A DNA stretch of 64,000 nt from Nitrospirales bacterium (lineage in GTDB: Bacteria > Nitrospirota > Nitrospiria > Nitrospirales > UBA8639): assembly GCA_965223295.1 (NCBI GenBank), contig CBDCWC010000002.1, forward strand, positions 1,504,001 to 1,568,000, given 5' to 3'. This document shows positions 50,866-61,271 of this stretch, piece by piece (position 1 is the stretch's first letter; each line of letters starts with the position of its first letter). A program made the translations under genes and the position numbers. The notes under the pieces are model-generated. The model was not told the origin of the DNA. It did no database searches and worked only from the letters and a program-made list of their open reading frames with translations.

Positions 50866-51189
50866 GATAACGGCCCAGAATTTACCGCGAAGGCTGTTCG
50901 ACAATGGCTCGCCCAGCTAGGGGTCGGCACCTTGTTTATCGAACCAGGCAGCCCCTGGGAGAATGGCTATAATGAGAGTTTGAATGGCAAACTGCGGGAT
51001 GAGCTCTTGAACGGGGAAATCTTCTATACGCTCCGGGAAGCGCAAGTGCTCATCGAATGGTGGCGGCAACACTATAAGCAGGTGCGTCCCCATAGCGCTT
51101 TAGGATACAAACCACCAACCCCTGAGGCATTAATTCCAAAATGCGCTTAAAGCTGCATGCACACTGGAACAATCACTGGGGGCACGTCA
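50866..51189 (+). pseudogene. IS3-family (IS407-like) transposase 3' remnant with right end
   Basis: [11 protein letters not shown]...[20 protein letters not shown]...RPHSALGY; terminus ...GGGGGCACGTCA. Confidence 0.88.
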
Positions 51190-51462
51190 GCTTGACAACC
51201 TTGCCTACCTATTGCGAGCAAAGGACTGGCATAAAATTTATGAAACATCTAGGCACACAACCTGCAGTCTGTGCAAGTCTATTATTCATAGACATTGTTA
51301 AGAGATCATATCCCAAAGCTGAACACCATGTCCCAGCTTTTCAAACCAGACAGGATAATGAGCATGATAATGCACTTCAGATGAATTTTTCTCTTTGCCC
51401 TACATGAAAAACGTAGACAACCATACTATACTAAGCCTTTTTTTGTTGAAAGGAACATATTC

Positions 51463-52866
51463 ATGACAAGAATTCCCTCTCAAATTTATCTTTTATATCC
51501 GCACCATTTAGTTTTTCGGTTTACAAGATGTTTGACGCTGGTCATCTTATTTGGGATCTTCGCCTGGTCCTTTCCACAGATGGCCGTGGCCGAAGAACCC
51601 TGGGTTTTATCTAACGATCAACGTCGCGCTTTTCTGCACTATTACTCCCCCATCCTTCTCAAACGAGGTGACGAGAACGGAAAAAAAGGCAAACTGCGCG
51701 GGCACGATTGGATCACGAATTTCAATTATGACCATGACGGTAACTTTGCTAACAATCTAAAAAATTGGAAGAAGAAAAAACATAAATTTATTGACCAGGA
51801 AGCCCACCAGGATTGGCAGATCCGTCCCACCTTATATACCGCAGCTATTGAGTTCATGAGTCACGGGCGAAAAAGCCTGATTTTGCTTTACCATGTCTAT
51901 CATGCCATGCAGGGATGTCTGACTCCTGCCTGTAAGAATGAAGACATCCATGATTGGGAACGTATCGAAATTCGACTAGACAATATTGAACCGAATGGAC
52001 CGAATCATGGAGAAACTATTCGCTACTATGTATTGACTGCACATTCTGAGCACACAGGGCGTTTGGGAAGCCAAGAAGATTTACACTTTGTGGATAATTT
52101 CGAAACGCCACAAACAATCGCAGGCAAACATCTACTTATCTGGCAGGCGAAGTGGCGCGGAGGAATTGGGGCTCGCAAAGGGGAACTCCGGTTTGTGGAA
52201 GATGCATTGGATGCCTTTTACAAAAAAAAGGCGAAAGTTAACGTGAGCGGCTATCCCCTACCAAAACCCTTTCATTACATATTCGTCGATCAGGATGCAG
52301 GCGGAGCGCAGGACTTCCTCAAAGCCTTGCCCCTCACCCAAGAAAATGCCAAGGCCTTAGCATCTGGGAAGGATGACGATGAGGTTGTCCGTACAAAAAA
52401 AACCAAACGTATCACCTACGAGCTTCAAGATCTGGCCGATGTGTTTCCAACCCATTGGGTGCATGCGAATGGCCCTGATACCAATATCAATTGGGCCAGG
52501 AAGACGACCTCAATTGCTCTCGAACACGAACTCACCTCGACCATTACCGGCACATCGATTACCGTTCCTGTGGGGATTCAAAAATTTTTAAGACAGTCCA
52601 GAATAGGAGACGATTTAGGGATTCGCAAAGGATATCCTCAGAAGCATTGGTTTTGGGGAACCTATGTTTGGGGGAAAAAGAACCCTCTGAAAAAGAAATC
52701 ATTAACCGACAAAGCCTACAACGCCCGCAATCAAGTATGGCCCCAACATGATTATTTTGCCCATGTTGGAGGCGGGATTGAAACCGGAGACTGGCTTCCT
52801 AAAGGATGGCATCTGGCAGAAAAAGGTGGGTTTGATGGACGATGGACGCCCTTATTTCCCGATTAA
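51463..52866 (+). CDS. Secreted hypothetical protein, NPP1/Vps62-like motifs
   Basis: Signal peptide (AVA-EE); YYSPIL, RPTLY, LLYHVYH and HDWE motifs. Confidence 0.6.
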   Translation: MTRIPSQIYLLYPHHLVFRFTRCLTLVILFGIFAWSFPQMAVAEEPWVLSNDQRRAFLHYYSPILLKRGDENGKKGKLRGHDWITNFNYDHDGNFANNLKNWKKKKHKFIDQEAHQDWQIRPTLYTAAIEFMSHGRKSLILLYHVYHAMQGCLTPACKNEDIHDWERIEIRLDNIEPNGPNHGETIRYYVLTAHSEHTGRLGSQEDLHFVDNFETPQTIAGKHLLIWQAKWRGGIGARKGELRFVEDALDAFYKKKAKVNVSGYPLPKPFHYIFVDQDAGGAQDFLKALPLTQENAKALASGKDDDEVVRTKKTKRITYELQDLADVFPTHWVHANGPDTNINWARKTTSIALEHELTSTITGTSITVPVGIQKFLRQSRIGDDLGIRKGYPQKHWFWGTYVWGKKNPLKKKSLTDKAYNARNQVWPQHDYFAHVGGGIETGDWLPKGWHLAEKGGFDGRWTPLFPD

Positions 52867-53099
52867 GACCAGATCTACTTAGCGTGGAACGATCATAGAA
52901 TATACATCTCACACGAAGCGCTTTCACTAAAGACATTTCGTGTGCACCAACCTTTGAGATCTATCTGTTTCATCTTGTGCGGCAGAATCAGAAATTTTGG
53001 CTGAATGAACGATCATATTACAAGAAGCCACTCGCTTATGAACCGCTTCAGAGCGCAAGACTCTTATGGCAGACCAAATCATCACCAGGAAATTCGACC

Positions 53100-55097
53100 T
53101 TAAATACCCACCTGAAGAAGTTTTTGACGAAGGACACGAAGGGCATCTCGCAACTTTGCGGCTCGTTCAAATTCTAGGGCTTTCGCTGCAACCTTCATCT
53201 CTTTTTCTAACGCCACGATTCGCTTCTCAACATTCCCTTCAACCTCATAAATTTCTTCCGTTTCGGCCGCAACTGGAAGCTCTGCATAGTCGGCTTCAGC
53301 CAGTTGATACTCCAAATCATGGATACGTTTCTTGATCGTCGCTGGCGTAATGCCATGCTCCTTGTTGTAGGCCAGCTGAATGGTGCGTCGCCGGCCCGTT
53401 TCTTCTAACGTCATCTGCATGGAATTGGTAATCGTATCGCCATAGAGAATGACGGTTCCATCACTGTTGCGTGCCGCACGGCCAGAGGTTTGCACCAACG
53501 CTCGATAGCCGCGCAAAAACCCTTCTTTGTCGGCATCCAACACCGCCACTAATCCGACTTCCGGCAGGTCCAATCCCTCGCGTAATAAATTGATCCCCAC
53601 TAACACATCAAATACACCACGGCGTAAATCACGAATAATGTCAGCCCGCTCTAAGGTCTTAATATCTGAATGGAGATAACGGACCTTTAATCCTTGCTCG
53701 TAATAATATTCAGTCAAGTCTTCCGCCATCCGTTTGGTCAACGTCGTCACTAAGATGCGCTGCCCTGTTTCAACCCGCTTGCGAATTTCTCCGAGCAAAT
53801 GTTCCACTTGCCCTTTTGCAGGCTTCACTTCCATGACCGGATCAATCAACCCCGTCGGGCGGATGATTTGTTCAACTGGTGACGACCCCGCTTGCTTTAA
53901 TTCATAAGGCCCCGGTGTGGCTGACACATACACCACTTGATTCATAAACCGTTCAAACTCGGGGAACTTTAACGGTCGATTGTCCATGGCAGAGGGAAGG
54001 CGAAACCCATAGTCAACCAAGGTCTTTTTACGGGAATGATCGCCCTCATACATCCCACCGAATTGCGGAACGGTGGCATGTGATTCATCCACAATCATCA
54101 AATAATCCTTGGGAAAATAGTCGAGCAAAGTCGGCGGCGGCTCGCCTGCCTGCCGCCCACTCAAATGACGAGAATAGTTTTCGATTCCATGGCAATAGCC
54201 CATCGTCCGAATCATTTCAAGATCAAACTTGGTGCGTTGTTCAATACGTTGCGCTTCCAACAACTGATTCGTCTTCCGAAAATAATCAAGACGCTCTTCC
54301 AACTCCTCTTCAATGCCCGTGATGGCTTGTTCATAGCGATCTGGAGCAATGACATAATGGCTCTTTGGATAAATCGCAATTTTAGGAAGCTTGCGTAACG
54401 ACGTACCGGTGAGCGGATCAATTTCGTACAAGGCCTCGACTTCATCGCCAAACATTTCCACACGCACGGTATTAGACTCAGACGAGGCAGGATAGATTTC
54501 AATCACATCACCGCGTGCCCGGAACATCCCACGCTGCAGTTCCAGGTCGTTACGCGAATATTGAATCTCGACTAATTTCGCAAGAATCTTGTCTCGCCGA
54601 ATTTCCATGCCTGGCTCCAGATACAACAACATGTCATGATAGACCTCCGGCGAACCGAGGCCATAGATACACGACACCGACGCCACAATAATGATATCAT
54701 TGCGCTGTAGCAGAGTCGTGGTGGCCGCATGACGCATTTGATCAATCGTGTCATTAATAGCGGAATCTTTCGCAATATAGGTATCAGTCGTAGGAATGTA
54801 TGCCTCCGGCTGGTAGTAATCGTAGTAACTCACAAAATATTCCACGGCGTTGTCAGGGAAAAATGCTTTAAATTCCTGGTACAGCTGCGCCGCCAGGGTT
54901 TTGTTATGCACTACCACCAACGTGGGTCGCTGCACATTGGCAATCACATTTGCCATGGTAAACGTCTTGCCCGACCCCGTCACTCCCAGCAAGACCTGGT
55001 GTTTCAGACCTTGCTCTAATCCGTCGGTCAGCGCAGCAATAGCTTTACCCTGATCACCTTTTGGCACATAGTCAGATTGAAGAGAAAAAGTGCTCAT
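53100..55097 (-). CDS. uvrB: Excinuclease ABC subunit B
   Basis: [25 protein letters not shown] motifs and C-terminal UVR domain. Confidence 0.98.
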   Translation of the reverse strand: MSTFSLQSDYVPKGDQGKAIAALTDGLEQGLKHQVLLGVTGSGKTFTMANVIANVQRPTLVVVHNKTLAAQLYQEFKAFFPDNAVEYFVSYYDYYQPEAYIPTTDTYIAKDSAINDTIDQMRHAATTTLLQRNDIIIVASVSCIYGLGSPEVYHDMLLYLEPGMEIRRDKILAKLVEIQYSRNDLELQRGMFRARGDVIEIYPASSESNTVRVEMFGDEVEALYEIDPLTGTSLRKLPKIAIYPKSHYVIAPDRYEQAITGIEEELEERLDYFRKTNQLLEAQRIEQRTKFDLEMIRTMGYCHGIENYSRHLSGRQAGEPPPTLLDYFPKDYLMIVDESHATVPQFGGMYEGDHSRKKTLVDYGFRLPSAMDNRPLKFPEFERFMNQVVYVSATPGPYELKQAGSSPVEQIIRPTGLIDPVMEVKPAKGQVEHLLGEIRKRVETGQRILVTTLTKRMAEDLTEYYYEQGLKVRYLHSDIKTLERADIIRDLRRGVFDVLVGINLLREGLDLPEVGLVAVLDADKEGFLRGYRALVQTSGRAARNSDGTVILYGDTITNSMQMTLEETGRRRTIQLAYNKEHGITPATIKKRIHDLEYQLAEADYAELPVAAETEEIYEVEGNVEKRIVALEKEMKVAAKALEFERAAKLRDALRVLRQKLLQVGI

Positions 55098-55168
55098 AAA
55101 AATCCTGAAGGCAATGTACCATAGCCCAAGACCTTAGGACATGCTACAGGCTATTTAGGGTCACTTAA

Positions 55169-55245
55169 GGGGTCAGACTCGATTTAATTTTGAGTAATTT
55201 TCTGTAAGAGCTAATCGCATCGATCGTTAAATCGAATCTGACCCC
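55169..55245. repeat. REP-like palindrome, copy 3
   Basis: GGGGTCAGACTCGATTTAA / TTAAATCGAATCTGACCCC (one mismatch), 39-bp spacer. Confidence 0.85.
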
Positions 55246-55307
55246 ATTATAATAAAATTGATGCTATTTAATTGACATCATGATACCTACTTAGTAGCAT
55301 AAAAAGC

Positions 55308-55556
55308 ATGAGAACGACACTTACCCTAGACGATGATGTATCAGCCAAACTCAGAAGCTTGTCCAAACGAACTGGGAAATCGTTCAAAGAAACGGTCAAT
55401 GAAACGATTCGCTGTGGATTAACCGTCATGCCAACTTCTCAACAGCCTCCATCCTTCCAAGTTGTTACGCGTAATTTAGGAAATATCCAACCGGGCTTTA
55501 ACCTAGACAATATCTCCGATGTCCTCGAACAAGCAGAAGGCCCTCAGCATCAGTGA
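55308..55556 (+). CDS. vapB: VapB-type RHH antitoxin
   Basis: MRTTLTLDDDV RHH start; GTGA overlap with PIN gene. Confidence 0.85.
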   Translation: MRTTLTLDDDVSAKLRSLSKRTGKSFKETVNETIRCGLTVMPTSQQPPSFQVVTRNLGNIQPGFNLDNISDVLEQAEGPQHQ

Positions 55557-55990
55557 TTCTGATCGACGCAAATCTACTGCTTTATGCGTATCATCCAGAG
55601 GCCGTCCAGCATGAACGAAGCCGGAGATGGCTTGAAGACTGCTTGAACGGTTCTCAGTTGGTTCGATTGACCTGGTTAACGGTATGGGCCTTTCTCAGGA
55701 TATCCACTAACCCTCGGGTATTTGAATTCCCTTTTTCCATCGACGAGACGGAGGCTATTGTGAACACATGGCTGGGACATCCCCTTGTAGGCATCCTTGA
55801 ACCAGGCGAGCAGCATTGGACTATCCTTCAAACCTGCATGGGAAAAGGCCAAGCGAGCGGACCACTGATGATGGATGCAGCATTAGCAGCCATTGCTCTG
55901 GAACACGGGGCAGTCCTCCATACCACTGACCAAGATTTTTCCCGATTTCCCAATCTGAAATGGATCAATCCGTTACTGACCAACACATAA
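55553..55990 (+). CDS. vapC: VapC PIN-domain toxin
   Basis: LIDANLLLYA, DAALAA and TTDQDF motifs. Confidence 0.9.
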   Translation: MILIDANLLLYAYHPEAVQHERSRRWLEDCLNGSQLVRLTWLTVWAFLRISTNPRVFEFPFSIDETEAIVNTWLGHPLVGILEPGEQHWTILQTCMGKGQASGPLMMDAALAAIALEHGAVLHTTDQDFSRFPNLKWINPLLTNT

Positions 55991-56019
55991 AAGCATGATC
56001 GCTTTACATGCCTTTAAAT

Positions 56020-56040
56020 AGGGGTCAGACTCGAATTAAT
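56020..56040 (+). repeat. REP-like half-site, copy 4
   Basis: AGGGGTCAGACTCGAATTAAT; partner arm decayed. Confidence 0.8.
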
Positions 56041-56108
56041 TTAGAGCCCTTTGTCTTTGCATCGGTAAAGATTCCTGGAAATTCTCTCTACCACCTGCAG
56101 CATTTTTT

Positions 56109-57788
56109 CTAGAACAGACCGACGATGTTCCCACCGCCATCGACTCCAATGGCTTCTGCGGCGGGCACACGTGGCAGACCCGGCATGGTCATAATATCTC
56201 CGGTAATAGCCACGACGAATTCTGCACCCATGGCTAGCCGTACTTCTCGGACAGGTATGCTGAAGCCACTTGGCGCCCCCTTCAGAGAAGGATTCGTTGA
56301 AAAACTGTACTGAGTCTTGGCCATACACACAGGGAAATGTCCATACCCATGTTTTTCTAGTTCGGTCAGCCGTGCTTGAACAGTTCGTGGAATCTCCACA
56401 TCATCCGCACGATAAATTTCTCGCGCCACAATGCGCATTTTTTCGGCCAGTGGAAGGTCATCGGAATAGAGGGGACCAAACTTTGACGAATTAGAATCAG
56501 CAATCTCTCGAACGGCATTCGCCAAATTTGCAGCACCTTCCCCGCCCTTCGCCCAATGATTAGAGACCACCATCTGGACACCGAGCTCTTGGCACGACCG
56601 GCCCACAAGATCTAATTCGGCTGGTGTATCTTGCGTGAATTGGTTAATGGCCACAACGGCCGGCACTCCAAATTTCTTGACGTTTTCCAGGTGCCGCAGT
56701 AAGTTCGGCAATCCCTCCTTCAGCGCACAAAGATCTTCTTTTCCCAGGTCTTCTTCTTTAGCCCCACCATGCAGTTTAAGAGCTTTAACCGTGGCGACAA
56801 CTACGACACAAGACGGGCTCAGACCTGCCTTTCTGCATTTAATATTGAAAAATTTTTCTGCGCCCAAATCGGCCCCAAATCCTGCTTCTGTGACCACATA
56901 GTCAGTTAGCTTCAACGCAAGTTTTGTGGCGACAATGGAATTACAACCATGAGCGATGTTTCCAAACGGCCCACCATGCACCAATGCTGGATTGTGTTCC
57001 AATGTCTGTACAAGGTTGGGATTGAACGCATCTTTGAGTAATGCCGTCATGGCTCCTGCAGCTTTGATATCACGTGCAAAAACCATATCTTTTTCAGCCG
57101 TTCGCCCGACTTTAATATTCCCTAGCCGCCGCTCTAAATCTTGTACATCCGAGGCCAAACAGAAAATCGCCATAACTTCCGAAGCCGCCGTGATATCAAA
57201 ACGGCCTTCACGTGCGTAACCATTGGCTTTGCCACCCAATCCCGTCACAATGGAACGAAGGGAGCGATCATTCACATCTTGCACCCGCCCCCATGTCACT
57301 CGCCGCGGATCAATGTGTGGTTTGTGCCCCCAATGAAGATGGTTGGAGACCATCGCCGCCAGTAAATTATGCGCGGACGTGATCGCATGAAAATCTCCCG
57401 TGAAATGCAAATTAATATCTGTCATCGGGGCAACTTGCGCATAGCCCCCTCCACAGGCCCCGCCCTTCATGCCGAAACATGGGCCGAGACTTGGCTCCCG
57501 GATGGCAACAATAGTCTTGGCCCCGATATGATTTAAGCCATCGGCCAAACCAATAGACGTGGTCGTTTTACCTTCTCCAGCTTTTGTGGGAGAAATCGCG
57601 GTGACCAAAATGAGTTTGCCATTCGGTTTTTCTCCAAGAGCGTCCATCGTTGACAGTGGGATTTTGGCTTTGTGCTTACCATACAAATCCAGAATATCGG
57701 GATCTAAACCCAATTTGTTCTGTGCGACTTGGGCAATAGGCTGCAACGTTGCGCGACTTGCGATATCAAGATTGATTGAAGAACTCAT
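56109..57788 (-). CDS. fhs: Formate--tetrahydrofolate ligase
   Basis: [20 protein letters not shown] and [14 protein letters not shown] motifs. Confidence 0.97.
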   Translation of the reverse strand: MSSSINLDIASRATLQPIAQVAQNKLGLDPDILDLYGKHKAKIPLSTMDALGEKPNGKLILVTAISPTKAGEGKTTTSIGLADGLNHIGAKTIVAIREPSLGPCFGMKGGACGGGYAQVAPMTDINLHFTGDFHAITSAHNLLAAMVSNHLHWGHKPHIDPRRVTWGRVQDVNDRSLRSIVTGLGGKANGYAREGRFDITAASEVMAIFCLASDVQDLERRLGNIKVGRTAEKDMVFARDIKAAGAMTALLKDAFNPNLVQTLEHNPALVHGGPFGNIAHGCNSIVATKLALKLTDYVVTEAGFGADLGAEKFFNIKCRKAGLSPSCVVVVATVKALKLHGGAKEEDLGKEDLCALKEGLPNLLRHLENVKKFGVPAVVAINQFTQDTPAELDLVGRSCQELGVQMVVSNHWAKGGEGAANLANAVREIADSNSSKFGPLYSDDLPLAEKMRIVAREIYRADDVEIPRTVQARLTELEKHGYGHFPVCMAKTQYSFSTNPSLKGAPSGFSIPVREVRLAMGAEFVVAITGDIMTMPGLPRVPAAEAIGVDGGGNIVGLF

Positions 57789-57874
57789 GGATCACCTTTC
57801 ATAACCATAGGATCGTAGCAAAAAATTTGTCCCCTCTTCATCATGATTATTCCCTGTCACCCCCCTTCAGAGAG

Positions 57875-58054
57875 TGTTGAATAATGAAGATATCAAAGAC
57901 CATATTTTGGCAGGAAGCTCTTGGCGATCAACAGCATCGGGTCTGTCAAAAAAGTCCGTCCAGAAAGGCCACAGCCCTTTTTGCGCGCGGAGCGTACTGG
58001 CACTACGTGAGCACGGGAAAAGGGCGAGAACGCCGCTGGCGGATTTTTTCAACT
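57875..58054 (+). mobile_element. Modular MITE, copy D
   Basis: TGTTGAATAA...GGAGCGTAC-N7-TACGTGAG...TTTTTTCAAC. Confidence 0.8.
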
Positions 58055-58104
58055 GCTCCCTTCATGGCTTGGTATTCCCTCGTCGGTTCTGTTAAGAAGA
58101 AGAT

Positions 58105-59445
58105 ATGCGAAATTTTCTCACACTCATGAGTTTGACATGTTGTCTACTGCTCAGCCCTCCGATTCTGCTATCGGCCCAAGATTTTCAAATTGGACAAGCA
58201 GTCATCCTCCAAGCCAAGAAACCCATTGGCGTCCCACTGCATCGTGAACCCGTACCAAATTACCTCAGACATGTCCCGACCGGCACATCAGCCTCTATAC
58301 AGAATATCGCACAGGGTGGCCAGTGGCTCTTAATCAAATTGGCTTCAGGAGAAACTCACTGGGTTCATCAAAAATATCTGCAAGCACACAGCGTCAAGTC
58401 ATCCCCAATCACGCAAAACACACCGTCGACTCCCAGAATTCCATCTGTGGCATCTACAACCACTGTCGGAGGGGAAAAGAAGGTTTGGAAAAGTAAAGAT
58501 GAATGCCAAGCAGCCGTGAGCAGGGGCCTTCGTATGGTTCAAACATCATCGCCCATCTTACGAGTTGGGACCTGGAACCTACGCTGGTTTCCCACAGGAT
58601 CTGCCCCAGATGAGCATCAGGCTTCTCACCAGGCCACCGATCTGGATTGGCTGATTTGCGTCATTCGCTGGATGCAAATTGATATATTGGCCATACAAGA
58701 AAGCTTGGCTACGCCGGAAGCGACCCAAGCCTGGAAGACTCTCACAAAAGAGTTATCTGCTCAAGCAGGTGAAACCTGGCGATGGCACCGCCAACCCTGC
58801 GGACGACCGGACAATCACCATGTCGGTCTCTTGTGGAACGATTCACACGTGATGTTGTCAAAGTTTGCCAGTCTGTGGGAATTCAATGCCAAAGCCCAAT
58901 CAGCTAGTCAGCCCTGTACGTCCGGGCTCAGACCAGGACAGTATGCCTATGTCCAATCTCGCCAACAAAATGGCGCAGACTTTCATCTCATATCGGTTCA
59001 CTTGAAATCCGGCCCAACCGTGTTTGCCTTAGAGTCCAGGCAAAAAACCTTAAACCGCATTGATCGAGCGGTTGCGCCCTTACTGAAGAAAGACAAGGAT
59101 GTAGTGATTCTTGGAGATTTCAATACGATGGGCGCTGGAGACCGGCATTCACAAAAATCCGAACAGAAGTACCTTCGTCGGTTCGTGCGCAAAGAAAAGC
59201 CGGGCTTTACAGATCTTCCTGCGCACCCACAATGTTCCCATTATTTCCGTGGCCGCAGCGCGCAGTTAGATCATGTGCTAGTGGCCAATGAGATGAAAGA
59301 AATAACAGTAAAATCCATTAAAGTCAGCGGGTATTGCGCGCTGTCAAACTGCAACCGGATCAAGGGAAATTATCCTCTGGCCTATCGCCGTTTATCAGAC
59401 CATTGCCCTGTGGTACTCGAAATCGCCAACATCGACAAAGATTAA
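58105..59445 (+). CDS. Secreted SH3-like + endonuclease/exonuclease/phosphatase protein
   Basis: Signal peptide; TWNL, QE, GDFN, LDH and SDHCPV motifs. Confidence 0.85.
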   Translation: MRNFLTLMSLTCCLLLSPPILLSAQDFQIGQAVILQAKKPIGVPLHREPVPNYLRHVPTGTSASIQNIAQGGQWLLIKLASGETHWVHQKYLQAHSVKSSPITQNTPSTPRIPSVASTTTVGGEKKVWKSKDECQAAVSRGLRMVQTSSPILRVGTWNLRWFPTGSAPDEHQASHQATDLDWLICVIRWMQIDILAIQESLATPEATQAWKTLTKELSAQAGETWRWHRQPCGRPDNHHVGLLWNDSHVMLSKFASLWEFNAKAQSASQPCTSGLRPGQYAYVQSRQQNGADFHLISVHLKSGPTVFALESRQKTLNRIDRAVAPLLKKDKDVVILGDFNTMGAGDRHSQKSEQKYLRRFVRKEKPGFTDLPAHPQCSHYFRGRSAQLDHVLVANEMKEITVKSIKVSGYCALSNCNRIKGNYPLAYRRLSDHCPVVLEIANIDKD

Positions 59446-59459
59446 CTGTCTAGCGAATA

Positions 59460-59503
59460 AAAGGGGTCAGACTCGAATCAACTAATTCGAGTCTGACCCC
59501 TTT
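59460..59503. repeat. REP-like palindrome, copy 5
   Basis: AAAGGGGTCAGACTCGAAT / ATTCGAGTCTGACCCCTTT between convergent genes. Confidence 0.85.
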
Positions 59504-59527
59504 AATGTTTTTAGCAAGTCCTTCTTC

Positions 59528-60445
59528 CTACATTTTGCTGACCCGCCTGGCTTCGGCTTCTACAAATACTCGTTTGACGAATGGATGTTCGCTCTTAATA
59601 GCCTTGTCCAACTTGGCGACGCTTTGTTCGACCTCTTCGGCGGTGATACCATCTCGAAAATCTACACTGATATTGACCAAGATAAACTCAGGGCCCATGT
59701 GCATCGTCAGCACTTCGTTCACATGCATAATATTATGCCGTTGATTGGCTTTCTCTCGAATACTTTGCACAACTTCTCGATTTGCACTTTCTCCAATAAG
59801 CAACCCTTTGGTTTCATACGCCAACCAGACTGCCGTTCCTCCAAGTATCAATCCGATAATAACTGTGGCAATACCATCTAAATACACAATGCCTGTCAGT
59901 TGGCCCAACCAAATTCCCAAAAATGCCACAACCAAACCTAAGACCGCCGCGGAATCTTCAAACAAGACCATAAAAATGGTGGGGTCTTTCCCACGCTGCA
60001 CGGCCTGTACATAGGACCACTTGCCCTTGGACTGAGAAAATTCTCTGAAGGCAAAATACCACGCTCCTCCTTCAAAGATGAGGGCCAAGCCTAAAACGAT
60101 GTAGTTAATGAGAGGATTTTCAACTGGCTGGGGGTGAATAATGTGATGGACCCCTTCGTAGAGTGAGATCCCTGCCCCTAACGCAAAGATGAGAATCGCC
60201 ACCACAAAACTCCAAAAGTAGACTTCCTTGCCATGCCCAAAAGGGAACTTCTCATCCGGGGGCTTCTTGGCTTTATGCAACCCATATAATAGTAGCCCCT
60301 GGTTACCAGTATCGACTAGGGAATGGATTCCCTCCGCCATCATCGCGGAACTGCCAGTGAATGCTGACGCCGCAAATTTCGTCACAGCAATTAAGGCATT
60401 GCCAATCAGCGCCGCGTAGATAACTTTTTTAGAACCGGAGGCCAT
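59528..60445 (-). CDS. Cation diffusion facilitator transporter
   Basis: AEGIHSLVDTGNQ, PFGHGKE and FEDSAA motifs. Confidence 0.9.
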   Translation of the reverse strand: MASGSKKVIYAALIGNALIAVTKFAASAFTGSSAMMAEGIHSLVDTGNQGLLLYGLHKAKKPPDEKFPFGHGKEVYFWSFVVAILIFALGAGISLYEGVHHIIHPQPVENPLINYIVLGLALIFEGGAWYFAFREFSQSKGKWSYVQAVQRGKDPTIFMVLFEDSAAVLGLVVAFLGIWLGQLTGIVYLDGIATVIIGLILGGTAVWLAYETKGLLIGESANREVVQSIREKANQRHNIMHVNEVLTMHMGPEFILVNISVDFRDGITAEEVEQSVAKLDKAIKSEHPFVKRVFVEAEARRVSKM

Positions 60446-61271
60446 AGTGACTCATCTTTCAATCGAACCATCAGTCTCTAAGAAATCTTCTAAAGCTCTC
60501 AGAAACGTTTGAACTGTACCCAACAAAGTTTGAGCAACCTTCGTGGTAGCTCTCTCAAAAATACCTAATAATTAAATCTTAAGCATAAAAATCTATCGCC
60601 TGTGCTTCCAAACCATCTTAAGAATCATCCCACTACATGCTGACAATGGATACGATATTTTCACAATCATGCAGATGTCTTACCACTATAATTTGTCTGA
60701 TTAACACAGAATTGACACTAAATATAGTATTTATTCATAATATTCGCAAACACATTTTTGATTCGCATTTCCAATAAGACTATGACAAAATTTGAGTGCT
60801 AATAGCTAAGTTATAAAACTTAACATTAGTCCTGAATTAATTTAGAGGATAGAAGAAAAAAGTGCTGACAATCACTCACCCTATTATGACAATGGCATGT
60901 TCAGGAAAGGTGAAGAAAGGGTGTGAACCTTGGCTTGCTGACTCGAACTCTCAGTCTTTTCCTCAACCGGGATGAAAGACTCCAGTTACGAAAATAAGAA
61001 ACAACTTGAATGCCGCAAATAGTTACTCGCTTCTCGCAGTTTTTGAATGCAGTCAGGCCCTGAAATGTGTCAATATGTCCTCAACGAACCGTTGGCTTTG
61101 TCATATGCCCACAGGATGAATGTTTCAATCTTTTGAGAGAGGAAGCCAAACGACACCCCCTCCTTTTTAGTTATCATAAGAACTCTCTAGGAAAGGATAC
61201 AATACGTATCGAGAATCTATCTGATGAACCAAATTCAATTCAATACCTATTAGCTAAGTCCCAATACGATC

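Noticed and set aside
57789-57874. ZTP or THF riboswitch upstream of fhs; also preQ1 upstream of queF and yybP upstream of the antiporter
   Set aside because: No consensus elements recognised
57867-58129. ORFs inside MITE copies (also 28413, 30745 and 31538)
   Set aside because: Translations of repeat DNA; frames are not conserved among copies
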